Assembly (NCBI GenBank): GCA_964016885.1
Contig: OZ024747.1
Span: forward strand, 66,526,001-66,590,000
Reading direction: 5' to 3'
Source: Eledone cirrhosa
Taxonomy: Eukaryota
Length of the DNA: 64,000 nt
Positions 13,452 to 29,269 of this stretch are shown here, in pieces. A model generated the notes under the pieces. It did not search any database, was not told the origin of the DNA, and was given only the letters and a program-made list of their open reading frames with translations. Within the stretch, counting starts at the first letter, position 1; each line of letters starts with the position of its first letter. The position numbers and the translations under genes were made by a program.

Positions 13452-14239
13452 CATGTATATGCATACATAAATATATACACACACATATATATATATATAA
13501 AGTATGCATACTACATTCATAAGGACGCATGTATTGTATATGTATACATGTGTGATCCGTCAGTCAATATTTGGAGAATGGTTGAAGCTTTGTTCACAAT
13601 GCATCATCTAAGTCAATACTCATTGGTTAAGGCTGTGCTCAAAGCTGAATATGCAGTAAATCAGAAATATCTCTGAACTATGGTCGTACTAAATGAAACA
13701 CTTCAATCCAGACCTGTAGTTGTCAAAATAGAATTAACTTAACAAGACACCCACCACCACCACCACACGCAACTGGCATTTTGGTGCCTTCATCGGGGTC
13801 TAGGTCTTCGGTTAAATAACAGCTCACCTGTTTGAGGACATCTTACTTTCCCCCCTCTCCTCCCACCGGTCTGTGCGGTCCTGTCCTCTCTTTGAATAAA
13901 CAGTAAAAAGATATACGTACGTTAATACCAAGTTGAAAGGAATCACTGAATTATTTTACAACTAGTAAGCAAGAATTTGGTGAAATACTTCGATCTAGGA
14001 TCGGAAATTGAGACGGTTTAAAAATGAGAATATGTGGCAAGTAGATTGAATCTTGCTACAGTAAAAGAACAAAGGCAATTGTAGTGAGTGAGATCTAAAG
14101 TTATTTTCGTCCCTTTTTGCATGCTTGAAATTGTTGAACAAAGCTATGAGCGTATTCCTTTTTCATAGGTGTTAACTGACTGGCAGTACAAACTCCCCAA
14201 TGGAAGAGACGTTAGTTTGTTGCAGTGTTGACTTTTAGC

Positions 14240-14629
14240 TACTTTCGGGTCTCGAATAATTATACCTCAGCTTATTAATTTTTCAGATTTCATACCCACT
14301 TCCGCTTATAGAATTTTGCTAAATATCTCCGGCGAAATCTTATTTTAAGTAGTAGCATTCCTGCGACAATTAATTTTTTTTATACATTAAAACACATTAT
14401 GACAAGCATGACGAAAAAAGTCCATTACTAGAAATCCCATACCTTATAAAATAAATAAAACGGGCTGGGGTCTCAATATGTAAACTTAACGACTAATTCT
14501 GATTTTTTAAAAATCAACGGAGACAACCTAGAAAAATTACTGATTTTCCACCTCCACGCTTATTCGAACCCCACAGCGTATTCCATCTGCCCCACTTATC
14601 CCCGCCCTATCATTTGGGACCCGAAAGTA
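14240..14629. mobile_element. MITE with TA termini (Tc1/mariner/pogo-type)
   Basis: TIRs TACTTTCGGGTCTCGAAT / ATTTGGGACCCGAAAGTA (2 mismatches), with terminal TA as probable TSD; no ORF. Confidence 0.7.
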
Positions 14630-14750
14630 AGTGAACTGGAGCAAGATGAATTTAAGTGGCGTGGTCAAGGACAGAATGCCTCACCCGGTCTGGAAATCGA
14701 ATCCACGATCTTAAGATGGTTAATCTAATTCTCACACCATTAGGCTCTGT
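14630..14750 (-). mobile_element. Degenerate CORE-type SINE; similar copies about 35100-35220 (-) and 59480-59550 (+)
   Basis: GTGAACTGGAGCAA..AAGTG..CAAGGACA..GGAAATCGAATCCACGATC reads as the reverse complement of a B-box plus CORE segment. Confidence 0.45.
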
Positions 14751-14972
14751 ACAACGCAGCTGAATTAGCAGGTAATAAGCGAAACAGTGACGCAGAATTT
14801 GCTTTAAAACTTTAAAAGGAAATAACAAAAATTGGCTGGCTTGATGTAGAAACAGAAACCATTTTTTGGAAACTATTTCAAAGCGAATTCCTCACCAATT
14901 CTATGCCATCAACTAATAGATAATTAAATACACACTATTTAGAGAGCGGAGCAGAGCAAGTCCGATAACTGC

Positions 14973-15038
<66 letters not shown>

Positions 15039-15083
15039 CATACATACATGCAGACATACATCATACATACATACATACATACA

Positions 15084-15115
<32 letters not shown>

Positions 15116-15354
15116 AGTAGTTATTTTTGATATTGGCAGAAAAGTCAATAGTTTTTAATTAAGTTCATCAATTAGAGTAATTGTTGATGGCATATATGCA
15201 AATAATTAGTAAACTAATGAGTTATTAACAGACAGACTTTGCTTAACTGAGCGGATGTAAAAGAACAACAACTAAAACAAACCATTTGAATAATAATAAT
15301 TCTATTTTAACCCCGAGTAAAGTAATTTAGAGGTACGAAGAAGACAGGGGAATT

Positions 15355-15385
15355 ATAAGAGATGAGATTGAGACAGGAGAGAGTG

Positions 15386-15456
<71 letters not shown>

Positions 15457-15609
15457 AAGAAAGAAAGAGAGAGAGAGGTAGGGTGAGAGAGAGGGCGAGA
15501 GAAAGAGAGAGAGAGGGAAAGAGGAAGAGAGAGAGGGAAGGAAACAGAGAGAGAGAGTGAGAGAGAGAGAGGGATGAGAGTGAGCGAGAGAGAGAGAGCG
15601 AGAGAGAGC

Positions 15610-15664
<55 letters not shown>

Positions 15665-15790
15665 GAAAAGAAATAAAGAGTGAGGGGGAGAGGGAGAGAG
15701 GGAGAGAGAGAGTGAGGGAGAGATAGATAGAGAGAGAGAGAGAGGAAAAGAAAGAAAGAGAGAAAGAGAGTGATGAGGGAGAGAAAGAGT
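15355..15790. repeat. Compound (GA)n tract
   Basis: Directly visible. Confidence 0.95.
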
Positions 15791-16499
15791 AATTAATAAT
15801 TCTATTTTAACCCTGAGTAAAGTAACTTCCAAACGTCAGTTAATGAAAGGTTTTCACAGAATGTCTATTCTATTACATACTTCGTTAGTTTTACTTTGTT
15901 CTTAAATGATTCAGGAGGACAGCCAAGACGGGTGGAATTATACATATATAAGCGGACACATACATAAACACACGCACACATATATATATATATATATACA
16001 CAAATATATATTAACACACACACACACACATACACACACACACACACATACACACACGACACATACATAAACACATGCACACATATATATAAATACACAC
16101 ACACATATATATAAACACGCACACACACATATATATATATATAAACGCACACATACTTAAACATACACATATATACATAAATACATAAACATTCATAAAC
16201 AAACACATACACTCATAAACAAACACTCATGCATAAACACACACACATACATAAACACACGCACACATACATAAACACACATATACATTCATAAACACAC
16301 ACAAACATTCATAAACAAACACACATGCATAAACACACGCCACATACATAAACACATACACACATACACAGACACACACTCATACATAAACACACGCACA
16401 CACACATAAACACAGACACACATACATAGACACACACTTATACATAAACAGACACACATATATGTATTTGTATATATGAGAGAATAATGAAGATGAGTG

Positions 16500-16561
16500 A
16501 GAAATGAGAGAAAGAGAGATATATGTAATGAGAGAAAGAGAGAGAGAGAGAGATATGTAAT

Positions 16562-16607
<46 letters not shown>

Positions 16608-16763
16608 TAATGAGAGAAAGAGAGAGAGAGAGATGTAATGAGAAAAATAGAGAGATGTGTACTGAGAGAAAGAGAAAGAAATGTAATGAGAGAAAGAGAG
16701 AGATGTAATGAGAGAAAGAGAGAGAAATGTAATGAGAGAGAGAGAGAGAGAGAGAAATGTAAT

Positions 16764-16835
<72 letters not shown>

Positions 16836-16885
16836 TAATGAGAGAAAGAGAGAGATGTAATGAGAGAAAGAGAGAGAAATGTAAT

Positions 16886-16943
<58 letters not shown>

Positions 16944-16970
16944 TAATGAGAGAAAGAGAGATATGTAATG
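16500..16970. repeat. Minisatellite of ATGTAATGAGAGAAAG(AG)n units
   Basis: About 12 recurrences of ATGTAATGAGA separated by variable (GA)n. Confidence 0.9.
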
Positions 16971-17799
16971 GGGTCTCACTAATTGTCCTCTGTTAAGGCG
17001 TCTGTTTTCATTAAATTTCATTAGTTAAATATAATTCTGTATGGAGAATCTGACTCTAACATTGGAAAAGTATGGAAAGTATGGTTATATTTGGGAGCAA
17101 AGACAATTGATTTGCTAATTGATGATTATATATTGAATATTTTAATATCTCCTGACCATTAGGCGAGTGTTAAGAGGTAATTGTTGGATAGAAACATTAA
17201 GACACTTGCCAAAATTTCTTCGTCGTTTCAGTATTGTTCACATTTAATGAGCAATCATTGACTTGGAAATAAAAACAAAACTAAGTCGTCACTCTCTCCG
17301 GCGACATCTTGGTGAAATCAGCAACAGATCCAGTCTTCGTCAAACAACTTGGTGAAATTAGCAGTAGATCCAGTTTTCGTCACTCTGAATAGATTAAAGA
17401 TCGCAAGCTATCAAAGTCCCTCCCGTTTTCTAGTAGATTTTATATAGTTGAAGACGTAGAAATATCAGGTGTTCTGGGTTCCTGAACCACCTATCTACGT
17501 AATGCGATCGTGATCGAGATACCTATCAATAAGAACGAGATCACTTGGTGTAGACTGGCTTCTTGTCAAGCTCATGGTGAGTGATGGAATTTTCTGAATT
17601 CCTGGGTCCTGTACCGCCTCCCCACATACAGTGTTGGTAATAGTCACGAATTAGAGAAACCAGGTAAACAGATGTATACATAATAAATTATATAATAACT
17701 AATTTAGGTACAAGGTCAGATATTTATGGGTGAGATAACTCGATTATAACGACTCCACTGCTTGATTAGTACTGATGTCTCAATCATCAACAAATCCAA

Positions 17800-18320
17800 T
17801 ACGGGTAGTCACCACTGGCTATTAAGCCCTTCTTTGACCATCAACACGAAGCTGGAGAGGCTAGACATGCCAAACACCTAAAGACACCGAACCTCATCGT
17901 ACTATCTGACAAGGCCGCAGAATTCTGAACAATAAATTCAATGTACTGGAGCAATACCAGCCAGAAGAAGACATCAGCTCCTATGGAAACGGCATTACCA
18001 CCAAGGGAGACAGCCTTAACAATCACCAGAAATAGAAAGACACATAAAGAGCCACGTTTTCAAGGGAGATCAAGCAACTAAGAGAAAAAGAACGACAGAT
18101 GAAGAGAGACGGGTCAGACACCCAAATGCTGAGTAATCTGCAAGGCCACAAGATGTCACATGAAGGAAGACATCAGACGATATGACGAAGAGCGGAAGCT
18201 CAAAGCCCCGGGAGAGAATAGAGGATTGAATTCAATCCAAAGAAAGCAGTGTCCAGGCAAAGATAACACCATGACTTTGTTAGTAGAGAACGGCACACTT
18301 ATCACTGATTTTAACAGGCC
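17800..18320 (+). pseudogene. Degraded RTE-like LINE fragment (endonuclease-RT linker)
   Basis: KEDIRRYDEERKLKA..ENRGLNSIQRKQCPGK..L..ENG resembles RTE linker sequences; higher GC; stops present. Confidence 0.45.
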
Positions 18321-18500
18321 TTCCACACTTCTGCCATCTGTCATAAACAGGGGTCTACACAGGAAGCCGAACAGTTGGATAATGTTTAGGAGACACTATC
18401 CATATGGGGAATTTAATTTATGAGAAGGAGCTCAACTCTCCTATTCCCTGTCATAATTTCTTTTGACTACCCTATATACATATCACACACACACACACAC

Positions 18501-18570
<70 letters not shown>

Positions 18571-18576
<6 letters not shown>

Positions 18577-18753
18577 GGAAAAAAATGAAACGAAACTTCA
18601 TTTCTCACTCTTAGTACGGCTGTTACTTAAATATAAGTATGTATACGTACATACATATATGTATACAGACGTACAGTAGTATGTATATTTATATATATAT
18701 ATATATACATACTACTGTACGTCTGTATACATATATGTATGTACGTATACATA

Positions 18754-18760
<7 letters not shown>
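18571..18760. mobile_element. Short fold-back element in (TA)n, same family as 45858-46503
   Basis: Palindrome about 18632-18760 centred on TA; shared extension CATTTCTCACTCTTAGTA. Confidence 0.7.
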
Positions 18761-18784
<24 letters not shown>

Positions 18785-18789
<5 letters not shown>

Positions 18790-18971
18790 AACCAGTAAGA
18801 CCCCGACAGCTGAGCTCAAGCCGTTTCGACGGCTAATTCAGAATTAGCCGTCGAAACGGCTTGAGCTCAGCTGTCGGGGTCTTACTGGTTCCTATTACCC
18901 ACTCTACTACCTCAAGTATTGAGTACTTTGGTGCGTTATGGTCCACCTGGTTCCTTACCACATTTCCTTCG

Positions 18972-18974
<3 letters not shown>
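18785..18974 (+). mobile_element. Short fold-back PLE pLTR insertion in (TA)n
   Basis: Perfect 111-bp palindrome 18785-18895 centred on 18840 with hammerhead 3' half (GAAAC..GTC GGGG), plus extension with bulged hairpin 18901-18924. Confidence 0.85.
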
Positions 18975-19041
<67 letters not shown>

Positions 19042-19243
19042 CGGGGGAAGGAAAAGAACGCATGTGTAGAAAACAGTGAGCGTAATTTTGAAATTAAATT
19101 AGATTTCGCTGTAGCATGTGTGCTGATGGTCATCTTCTCTCGTTCTGTGGGTTTATACGCCCCCGTACTATCAGACTATATTATTTAGTAAAAGTTACGG
19201 TGAAATGTTCTAATTCAATTTTCACATATATATTATGTATATG

Positions 19244-19281
<38 letters not shown>

Positions 19282-20419
19282 CCATCTGAACAGACAAAGT
19301 GTTGCCTATTATTTAGATAATTCTTTCTTCACATTTCTTACATTTCGTTGTTGTTAAATGAGAATATAAGGAATCGACAAGGGATCTGCACTAACTTTTT
19401 ACCTAGGGGCTTAAATAAAGAATACGAAATCATTTTGAAAACTGCTCACCCTCAAACGTTACACCATTAAGTGATTCTCTCTTCTGAAAGAAATAATTTG
19501 CTGCTCAAGGGTTAATGGATGCTAGTTTTACATTTTGTTTTTTCTTCTGCTTTTATTATTCTCGCATTATTTCATTATATTATATTTCATTATGTAGTTC
19601 GGTTCTGTCTAAGAAGAGATTTATTCACACAAAATGTCTTTTGGCAACGCAGTGTGTGTCTTCTCACTCTTTCTGTCACTATTTTTGTTGTTGATGTTTG
19701 TTTGCTTATATAGATATTTATGCTGGAGCATCTTTAGAATGTACTGAATCGCTTAGAAGCTTTCTAATTAAAATCCGAAAAAAAATCTCATTGAAATTAT
19801 TTACTGACTGTTGTCAAAATAAAAGACCTGATGCCAAATATTATAATTCCCAGATGTTTATGGCTCAAGCCTCGGTTCACCATTTCTATATTTTCTTCCA
19901 AAGGCTATAAAAACCTGTAAAGGCTAAATATACCAGTAACATACTTGAGTTGGCGAATGAGCAGAGTTGTTGTTAGAGCGTGGGTTTCTTACTGTGTATA
20001 GTTGGGGAGAGAAGACCAGAGTATCCAAGACTAGTGGGAGGGAGAATGAAGGTATTTTCAAATCGTAAACCTGTCTAGAGTGGGAAAAGAGTGGTCTTAA
20101 CTAAAGTCACCCCTTATGCTTTGCGGTTTTTGTTTCGGTTCTAGTCGCGCTGAGTTTAAACGCTGCCAAGGTCAACTTTGTCTTTCATCATTTCGTGGTT
20201 TGATAAAGAACCAATCCAAGAGCGATGGATTGTGGGAATTGTATTATCATCGCACGAATTTCTTTGTGGTCTCTGATCCTGCTTTTAGCGTTCTGAGTGA
20301 ACATATCCCATTGTATATGGACAACTTAGCCACTTCCTTAATAATTTAATGAATTGACTTTCAATTGATCAAAGAGTTTCTAGCGTCGAAACAGATGGAG
20401 AATCCATAAGTAGTAGTAC

Positions 20420-20890
20420 TAGTAATGCACTGGATAATTGCTGGCCTTGTGCCTAAAGTAGAAACAATTATTTGTAGAATGGTGCTGCGCTGATTTTGCT
20501 TGGGAATAAAGTTAAATGTACACTTAATCTCTGAAATAATTGTTTCTACTTTTGGCACAAGGCCAGCAATTACTCAGTATTTTACTGGTACTTTATTTTA
20601 TCGACGCCGTAAGGATGAAAGGCAAAGTTGACCTCGGCGGGATTTGAACTCAGAATGTCTGTGAAATAATGGTTTCTTATATAGGCACAAGACCAGCAAT
20701 TTGGGGGAGGTGGAAGGGGAAGTCGATTAAATCGACCGCAGTGTGTGACTGGTACTTTATTTTATCGACCCCATAAGGATGAAAGGCAAAGTTAACATCA
20801 GGCGGATTTCAACTCAGATCATAAAGAGCCGTAACTCTATGCTGCAAAGCATGGCGTCCGACCCTTTACCTGCCAATCCACTGCCCTTAT
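20420..20890 (-). mobile_element. Cluster of tRNA-derived SINEs: a + strand tail fragment (about 20420-20475), then two minus-strand copies (about 20535-20660 and 20665-20890)
   Basis: GGCACAAGGCCAGCAA..TTTTATCGAC..AAGGATGAAAGGCAAAGTT..GGATTTGAACTCAGA. Confidence 0.8.
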
Positions 20891-20990
20891 TGTCTGTAAA
20901 ATAATAAACCCGTTTAAATGCTAATCTAACGATTCAGACGTTTTGTTGAATCAACAACTGAATGCTCATCGTCAAACCCAACGGAGGATC

Positions 20991-20993
<3 letters not shown>

Positions 20994-21064
<71 letters not shown>
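20994..21064. repeat. (TAG)n microsatellite
   Basis: Directly visible. Confidence 0.97.
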
Positions 21065-21065
<1 letters not shown>

Positions 21066-21499
21066 TAAGCGCCATTATCTTGAAAGCTACGGTCATGTTG
21101 ATGATTAAAGAGTTATCTATGAATTGTTTTGCCTGTTATGGATAGAATACTGTTTTTGTCTAAAAAGAATGCTGTGGAATCATCGAGGAACTCATTCGAT
21201 CAATAGAGGCTGGAATTGATACGATACAATCTAGAAATATCGATTATTTAACCTTTGTGTGAAAGGCAAAGGAACAAAGAAACAATCATTAACTTTCAAT
21301 TGTTTAAGCATTTAATAATAATAATAATAATTACAGTAATAATAATAATAATGATAAATGCTAATCGATTATTATTCAAATAGAATTATGAATCGATTCT
21401 TTGTGAAGCCAAGATATCAGCTTTCCTTCCCTTTATCTCTCTATGGCGGTTAATTTGTTGTTAGGGCTCCAAAGTTAATGCCTCAGTATGTGTTACGGC

Positions 21500-21580
21500 A
21501 TTTTGTGGTTTCAGTTCAAATCCCACCGAGGTCAACTTTGCCTTTCATTTTTTCGGGATCGATGAATAAAGTACCATTCT
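21500..21580 (+). mobile_element. Partial tRNA-derived SINE
   Basis: GTTCAAATCCCACCGAGGTCAACTTTGCCTTTCAT..GATCGATGAATAAAGTACCA. Confidence 0.7.
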
Positions 21581-22220
21581 AGTACTACGACAAGTTTACC
21601 TCTATCTCACTTTATCAATTTCTCTCGCTATCTTTCCCTCTCTGGAAGAAATCGATTGTGGAGAGGGATGGCATCCGCCAGGTTTAAAGTGTCCAAAACA
21701 TGTGTGTCAGGAGACGGTCCTAAGATTACATCAGGAGTTAAGGGCCTTTTCCTTTCCTTCCCCCTCTCCCCAAACATTATATAGACAAATGACTATAATT
21801 TTTTCTCAGATGGGAAGTATAATGAAAATTTTAAAATCTACGTGGAGCTAAGCGGCAACAGTTTGGATACACGACTTTCCATTTCACACTACTTCTGAAA
21901 ATAATGAAATTTTAAAACCGGTAAAGTAAAGGTAAATACATTTTCTCAAGTGAATTGTTAGCTTCAGGAACTTGTTCTTTGTTTTTATTTCATTGTTTTT
22001 ATTAATTTATATATATATTATATATATATATCTATATATATCATATATGATATCTATATATCTATATCTATCTATCTATCTAGCTATCTCTCTATATATA
22101 TAGATATGATTCCAGTTCCTCACTGAAATAACAACCCAACCAGGAACTGGGCATATCAGAGTATTGACAAAATTATACACCTCAACAACATATGTACTTG
22201 TCTATACCACACTAATTCGG

Positions 22221-22275
22221 ACTGCCTGAAGAGGTCACAGCCAAAGATGGCTGTCACCGAAATATATATAGCAGT
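22221..22275 (+). ncRNA. Type I hammerhead ribozyme motif in a PLE 3' fragment (about 22105-22330)
   Basis: Stem I actgc/gcagt; CTGAAGA; stem II ggt-c-acagcca/tggctgt-c-acc; GAAAT-ATAT-ATA; AATAAA at 22276. Confidence 0.85.
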
Positions 22276-22366
22276 AATAAACGAAGTTAAATTTTAAACA
22301 TTTGACTTTTATTTTACTTTATTTTATATATGTATATCATATATGATATATATAATATATATATCT

Positions 22367-22489
<123 letters not shown>

Positions 22490-22544
22490 CTATCTATCTC
22501 TCTATATATATATTATATCATATTTATATATATATATATCATAT

Positions 22545-22631
<87 letters not shown>

Positions 22632-22724
22632 ATTTATATATATATGTATCATATATATCATATATCATATATCATATATCATATATATATATATATGTAT
22701 ATATCATATATATCATATATATAT

Positions 22725-24291
<1,567 letters not shown>

Positions 24292-24924
24292 ATAATTGGA
24301 GAGGGTCATATTGTTGTAATACTATTGCCAGAAATAATAACAGAACACACTTACTGTTTGGTTGGTTTTCGCTTCTCTTTTATATTTCCGTAGTTAATTC
24401 ATTGGCCATCAATGTTTATCACTGACGGTCAAAAATACAGATATATATACATATATATAGTTTAACAAAGTTCTTTCGTTGCACATCTGCAACATCATCA
24501 GTGGTACTATTATCATGTTTCCCATGCTGTATTGTAAAAATTGTAGTGCCTACGCCATTTTTATTTTATCTATTTATTTATTTATTTTTGTCCTCGTCTC
24601 TGCGCATGCGTTTGCGTGTGTGTATAGTGTTTGGTGTGTGTGTTCGCGTTTGGGTGACTGTGTTTTGGTTATTGTATTCTATCTTAGTATATTAGTGTGT
24701 GTTTATATGTGTGTGTTGTTATAGTGCTTGTGTATATATTTATTTATTTTTTTTTTTATTTCTCTTAAGTCAGTATTGTTTGTTTGGGTGTTGTTGTTAT
24801 TCCATTTATTTTTTCTGTTTAGCTTTAAGAATAATTTCATGACAAAATTTAAACACTCTCCCCATTTTTATGAAAGACTATTCATGGCATTTTTCTCATG
24901 TTTTAAATATATAACTATATATAC

Positions 24925-24964
<40 letters not shown>

Positions 24965-25325
24965 TAAAAGATGACACGATTCATCACAAAAACGTGTGGT
25001 TCAGCAGAAAATTTAAATATTCATCATCTTCCGGTTAAGCATCGCGAATACACGCTCTGCTGCAACATCATGTAGGAATACAATACTCTATCCTTAAAAA
25101 TCAAATAGGTATCATTCACACACTCACACGCCCACACAAACACACACACATATATACATATATATATATATTCATTTATATTTAGTGGTTCACTACTGGA
25201 CAGAACTAGTAATTCTGTTTAGTTAACTATGATGTAATAGTAGGAAAGGCTCTCTACATTACGCAACTCATCCATCGTTGATATCAAGTCCTGTGGGTGG
25301 TGCAGGAACGGAGTTAAATATTAGT

Positions 25326-25473
25326 TTGATTAACATAATAGGAGGCTGGACTGGTGAAGTTCCTTTAAAGTTTTATTGTTGCAAATACACTATATATATT
25401 TCAGTAAATAGTGTTTTGGGAACAATAAAACTTTAAAGGAACTTCAGTCCGTCCTCCTGTTATTTTAATCACT

Positions 25474-25475
<2 letters not shown>
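25326..25475. repeat. Imperfect inverted repeat abutting (TA)n
   Basis: GGAGG..GAAGTTCCTTTAAAGTTTTATTGTT / AACAATAAAACTTTAAAGGAACTTC..CCTCC. Confidence 0.75.
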
Positions 25476-25567
<92 letters not shown>

Positions 25568-25840
25568 AATATATATATAAATACAAATATAAATAAATAA
25601 ATAAATAATAAATAAATAAATAATAAATAAATAATATATAAATAACAACTGATGTTCTTACATTGAGCTATTTCTCTTACTGGTAATAAGGTAGCAGGAA
25701 ATTACTGACCTTTCCTGTTTATAGTTGTTTATACTATATACATAACTATAAATAGTATTATTATTATTAAATACAAATATATATATAACTAGAACAAATT
25801 CTATTTATATATATAGTTATATGAGTAAATAAATAAATAA

Positions 25841-25871
<31 letters not shown>

Positions 25872-26877
25872 AGTGTGTGTGAGTGTGTGTGTGAGTGTAT
25901 GTGTATGTGTCTGTGTGTATGTGAGTCGTAAGTGGGAATTAAATTGGTCAGTGTCTGTAAAGGCATTAGGCCTTAAAACATCTCTTACGGAACTCTCGTC
26001 CAACCCATGCCAGCATAAATAAAAGGACGTAAATATATTGTAACGGGAAAATTTTTACGGAGAAAATCAATATGGTACGTTTTTATACCCGAATGGAACG
26101 AACTAGGCTGATAACAATAAAAAATATTTACGAATTCCAACAATTTAACTCAGAAAGATTTGAAATACTGGCATTTCATCACCTGGTTTTGACCCCTAAA
26201 AACATTTTCTAATTACAAATATTGAAAATTGATTATTAGCAAATCAGTATTGGGGTACCTCTCAACAGGTAGTCCCAATAATAGCCAAAAATTCTTGTCA
26301 TGCCTAAACATTGGCGAACTTGGTAATATCTATACAAAGGGTCAGAGTACTAAGCCCCTGGGATGAGTTTTGACAGTGGGTCCTGTCAGAAGCAACCGTC
26401 TTCAACTGATCTGTGTGAAATAGCTCTGGTGCTCTACCAATGCTGCCAGTCCTGCACGTACTCTCATACGATCAGATGTGTCATTTCATTTCTATAGAAT
26501 CAACACAGTAATGTAAGAAAAACAATATAAGGAAAAGGCGAAGAAAACAAAAGAAATAATTCATCATTTGGTGAGATTGTCGCAACTCTATACTCTGGCA
26601 CTGCTGCAAAAATTGGACTGGTGCAGTATTATGAAATGGAATCAATAGATGCTAATAAAAGAAAGATAGTTCTTTGATTATTCCAATTCATTATAAATGG
26701 TAAAAATGAAGAAAGGGGAGAAAGAAGAAGATAGAGGAAAATAGAGTAGGAGAAATGAAAGAGAGAGAGAGTGTGTGAATGAGTGAAACAGAGATAGATA
26801 GATAGAGAGATAGAGAGAGACAGAGAGAAATTTGTCTTTTTTCTACAAATTTCTACAAATTTCATACTTGACGACAC

Positions 26878-27087
<210 letters not shown>

Positions 27088-27275
27088 CGTGCGTGCATTT
27101 GTTTTACTGTCAGACGTATCTCACATGCTGCGAAACAAATTAAATGTCACATTTGATTCATTTTAATATTGAATTCTCGTCTTCTTTCTTTCTATTATTT
27201 TTATACTTCTGAGCACGTCATTATGAGATGTAATGCAACACACATACACTCCCAGAAACAGGCACATACACACCC

Positions 27276-27381
<106 letters not shown>

Positions 27382-27734
27382 GAAAGTGAAGTGATACATA
27401 ACTTTTGTATAGTCAAGTCTTTATTCTTATCATGTATGTTCAAGTGATATAAAATGGTAATATATATATAAATATATATATATATATATTTATATAAATG
27501 CATACACACACATATATAACCAGACCAACACAAACTCAATATGTACATATATATATACATTTATGCGTAAGTGGTTGTTGGTGTGTTTGCATTGGTGCAT
27601 ATATATATATATATATACATAGAGAGAGAGAAAAAGAAAAAGAGAGAGAGAGAAGAGAGAAAGAGAAAAAGATGGTATACATTATATATATTATATACGA
27701 ACAAACAAATAACGTGCATTCTTTCTTTTATACT

Positions 27735-27797
<63 letters not shown>

Positions 27798-27928
27798 CTA
27801 TATATGAAGGTGTATTGAATGACAGGCACCTGTTAATTGCCACACATACATCTATGTAATATTTATTTATAAACATGTGACTATGTGCATCCCCACCAAC
27901 ACTCACACGCAAACACAAGCACATACAC

Positions 27929-27959
<31 letters not shown>

Positions 27960-28847
27960 TACATACACACACACATACATACACATGCATATATATATAT
28001 ACACACACGTATTTGTGTGTATATATATATATATATATGTATATAACTGAATTTAGTTTGAGCATACTATAGAAGTTCAGCATTCTGAAGAACATCTGAA
28101 GTCTATATAGATGTGTATGTACATTAGAGATGTTAAGTAGTCTTCAGAATGGTCCTTGCATCTTATTAGAATGCAAAGGCACGCATTCTATATTCTAGAA
28201 CTATGCGTACACTCGGTATTAGAGATAGAAGGTGATGGAAATAACTAATGAAGTACTAAAATAAAAAAAAGGGAAGGAGGAAAGAAAGACTGAAAGAGGA
28301 GGAACGAATGAATGAGAGATTATTTGAAGATATAAAGAATAGAAGAGATGAAGTTTATCGAGGTGTTTTATGCTGAACTGGACTCGTTGTTAAACGATAC
28401 GGAGGACATTCTCTCTCACACAAGTATAGCACAGTTTCATTGTTTTGAAATCTTCATGACATGTCTTTGTATATATAGATAATTTATCCTGAATGAAACA
28501 GTTCTAGTCCTGTTGAAGACATTTCTATATTAAATAGTTATACTCTGCTATGTATTGAGTACCTTACTTACTGTGGTTACCCCCGATTGAACTCGGGATA
28601 AACTTATATATATATAAACTTATATATATATATATATATATATATAATAAATGTAATCTGAGTTTTTCGAATGTTAATAATAACATTCGATATTCGATTC
28701 GTTTGCAATTAAACAAACATGCCTCAATTTTATAGCCATGTCAGTAGAATGAACCCTTTATTCTTGCTCTTGTGTTCACTTGCCAACACAAGAGCAAGAA
28801 TGAATTACACTTCTTGTATTCAGCCATGTAGAGCGAAAATGTTCTAC

Positions 28848-28910
<63 letters not shown>

Positions 28911-28914
28911 ATAA

Positions 28915-29232
28915 TAAAGAGGGCATGGTGGGAAACCAGATAGACCATAACGGATCTAGCTGTCGAAACTGCCGGAGCTCAGCCGTCGCGTCCTGACTCT
29001 TTTCCTATATATATATGTATATATATATATATAGGAAAAGAGTCATATATTTATATATATGAAACATTTATGACCCCCGACGGCCGAGCTCCGGCCGTTT
29101 CAACAGTTAGATCGATCCGATCTGAGCTCGGCCGTCGGGGTCCTGAATTTTTCATATTATCCACTCTACTACCCCGAGTATCAAGTACTCTGGTGAGTAA
29201 TGGACTAACTAGTTTTTACCGACTCCATTCTG

Positions 29233-29235
<3 letters not shown>
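28915..29235 (+). mobile_element. Fragments of the 18785-type pLTR family interspersed with (TA)n
   Basis: GTCGAAAC..GAGCTC..GCCGTC; palindrome about 29071-29143; extension CCACTCTACTACCCCGAGTATCAAGTAC. Confidence 0.7.

Positions 29236-29267
<32 letters not shown>

Positions 29268-29269
<2 letters not shown>

Noticed and set aside
16500-16970. Repeat-spacer pattern reminiscent of CRISPR
   Set aside because: Spacers are only (GA)n, the context is eukaryotic and no cas genes are present
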